DNA from: the human T2T-CHM13v2.0 reference genome, Homo sapiens | Strand: one strand, 5' to 3' | DNA length: 64,000 nucleotides | NCBI RefSeq assembly: GCF_009914755.1 | Contig: NC_060928.1 | Shown here: positions 61,727 to 64,000 of the stretch, in pieces | How positions within the stretch are numbered: the stretch's first letter is position 1 | Layout: each line of letters begins with the position of its first letter | The notes under the pieces: generated by a model | Told to the model about the DNA's origin: nothing | Seen by the model: only the letters and a program-made list of their open reading frames with translations | Databases searched by the model: none | Program-made: the position numbers and the translations under genes

Positions 61727-62013
61727 AGACAGAGTCTTGCTCTGTCTCCCAGGCTGGAGTGCAGTGGCACGATCTCAGCTCACTGCAACCTCTGCCTCCT
61801 GGGTTCAAGCACTTCTCCTGCCTATCCTCCCAAGTAGCTGTGATTACAGGCATGCACCACCACGCCCATCTAATTCTGTATTTTTTTTTTTTTTTAGTAG
61901 AGACAGGGTTTCACCATGTTGGTCAGGCTGGTACTGAACTCCTGACCTCAAGTGATCCACCCATCTCGGCCTCCCAAAGTGCTGGGATTACAGTTGTGAG
62001 TCACTGCACCAGC
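61696..62013 (-). mobile_element. AluS (Sz/Sx-like)
   Basis: Full dimer with long poly(T). Confidence 0.95.
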
Positions 62014-62299
62014 TATTTTTCTTCTTCTTTAATAATGCAACCTCATATCCAGTCTCAACTCTAACATGGCTGCATGCTAATATTACTAGCCTCATGGAAA
62101 CATCATATTTACTGCTTCTTGTGAAAATTTTTGTAATTTCATAGAACTCAATTTGTAGACAATTAAAAATTAAACTTTGAGAACCACAAAGGGTAAGAGA
62201 AAATGGAGATGATAATTTTAGCCTTTTCTTTTAGCAAAAGATCTTTCCTGACTCTTCTCTGGCTGAACTCATTGCTTTCTGTGCATACTCAATGCACAA

Positions 62300-62460
62300 T
62301 ATTCATCACATTGAATTTTTGTGCTTGAATTTCCTTCTTTATTCACTTGCCTTCTCCACTAGAGTATAGGTATTTTGAGTACATAGATTATATCTTCCAC
62401 GTCCTAGTACAGAGTCTGGAATATAGACAAAATTTCATAAGTATTCAAAGACTCCATAAA
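62300..62460 (+). mobile_element. L2 3' fragment
   Basis: ccactagagtatagg...gtcctagtacagagtctggaatatag. Confidence 0.5.
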
Positions 62461-62698
62461 CAAATGATGCATTGATAAAAGTAAAATTCAGAGAGTTGGT
62501 ATGGATTATCCAATTTCAGAGCCAAGACAATTTTTGCATATTTTGGAGACTTTTATTTCCTGAAACTTTCTTTGGCTATATTCGGCTTTACCTACCATAG
62601 CAAGAACCTGAGAAAATGCACATTAAGCACATGAATATGACTTCAGCAGCCAGATATTGGGCAAAAGACAAGTATTGCCTTCACTTTGAAAGTCCCTA

Positions 62699-64000
<1,302 letters not shown>

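Noticed and set aside
61624-62064. 146-aa ORF (also 17015-17431, 30749-31105, 56700-56999)
   Set aside because: These are antisense Alu translations.

Overview
AT-rich primate (human/ape-like) genomic DNA, well over half of it transposable elements. These include two near-full-length old L1MA elements carrying nested younger L1PA, Alu and LTR insertions, four 5'-inverted (twin-primed) L1s, THE1/MST/MLT/LTR16/LTR22 solo LTRs, hAT DNA-transposon fossils, and MIR/L2 fragments. No intact host protein-coding gene was recognised, and most listed ORFs are L1/Alu-derived. The main unexpected signal lies in the unique sequence between the repeats. The minus strand from about 40.1 kb down to about 0.5 kb carries a co-linear series of decayed exon-like segments: first TSPN/LamG-like, then a variable region, then many Gly-X-Y triplet segments. 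By eye these resemble clade C fibrillar collagens (COL27A1/COL24A1), which suggests a long-dead, unprocessed collagen pseudogene. A cluster of small plus-strand exon-like units with strong splice sites lies at 57.2-58.3 kb. Repeat subfamily names and protein similarities are from visual recognition and recalled sequences, not from searches.
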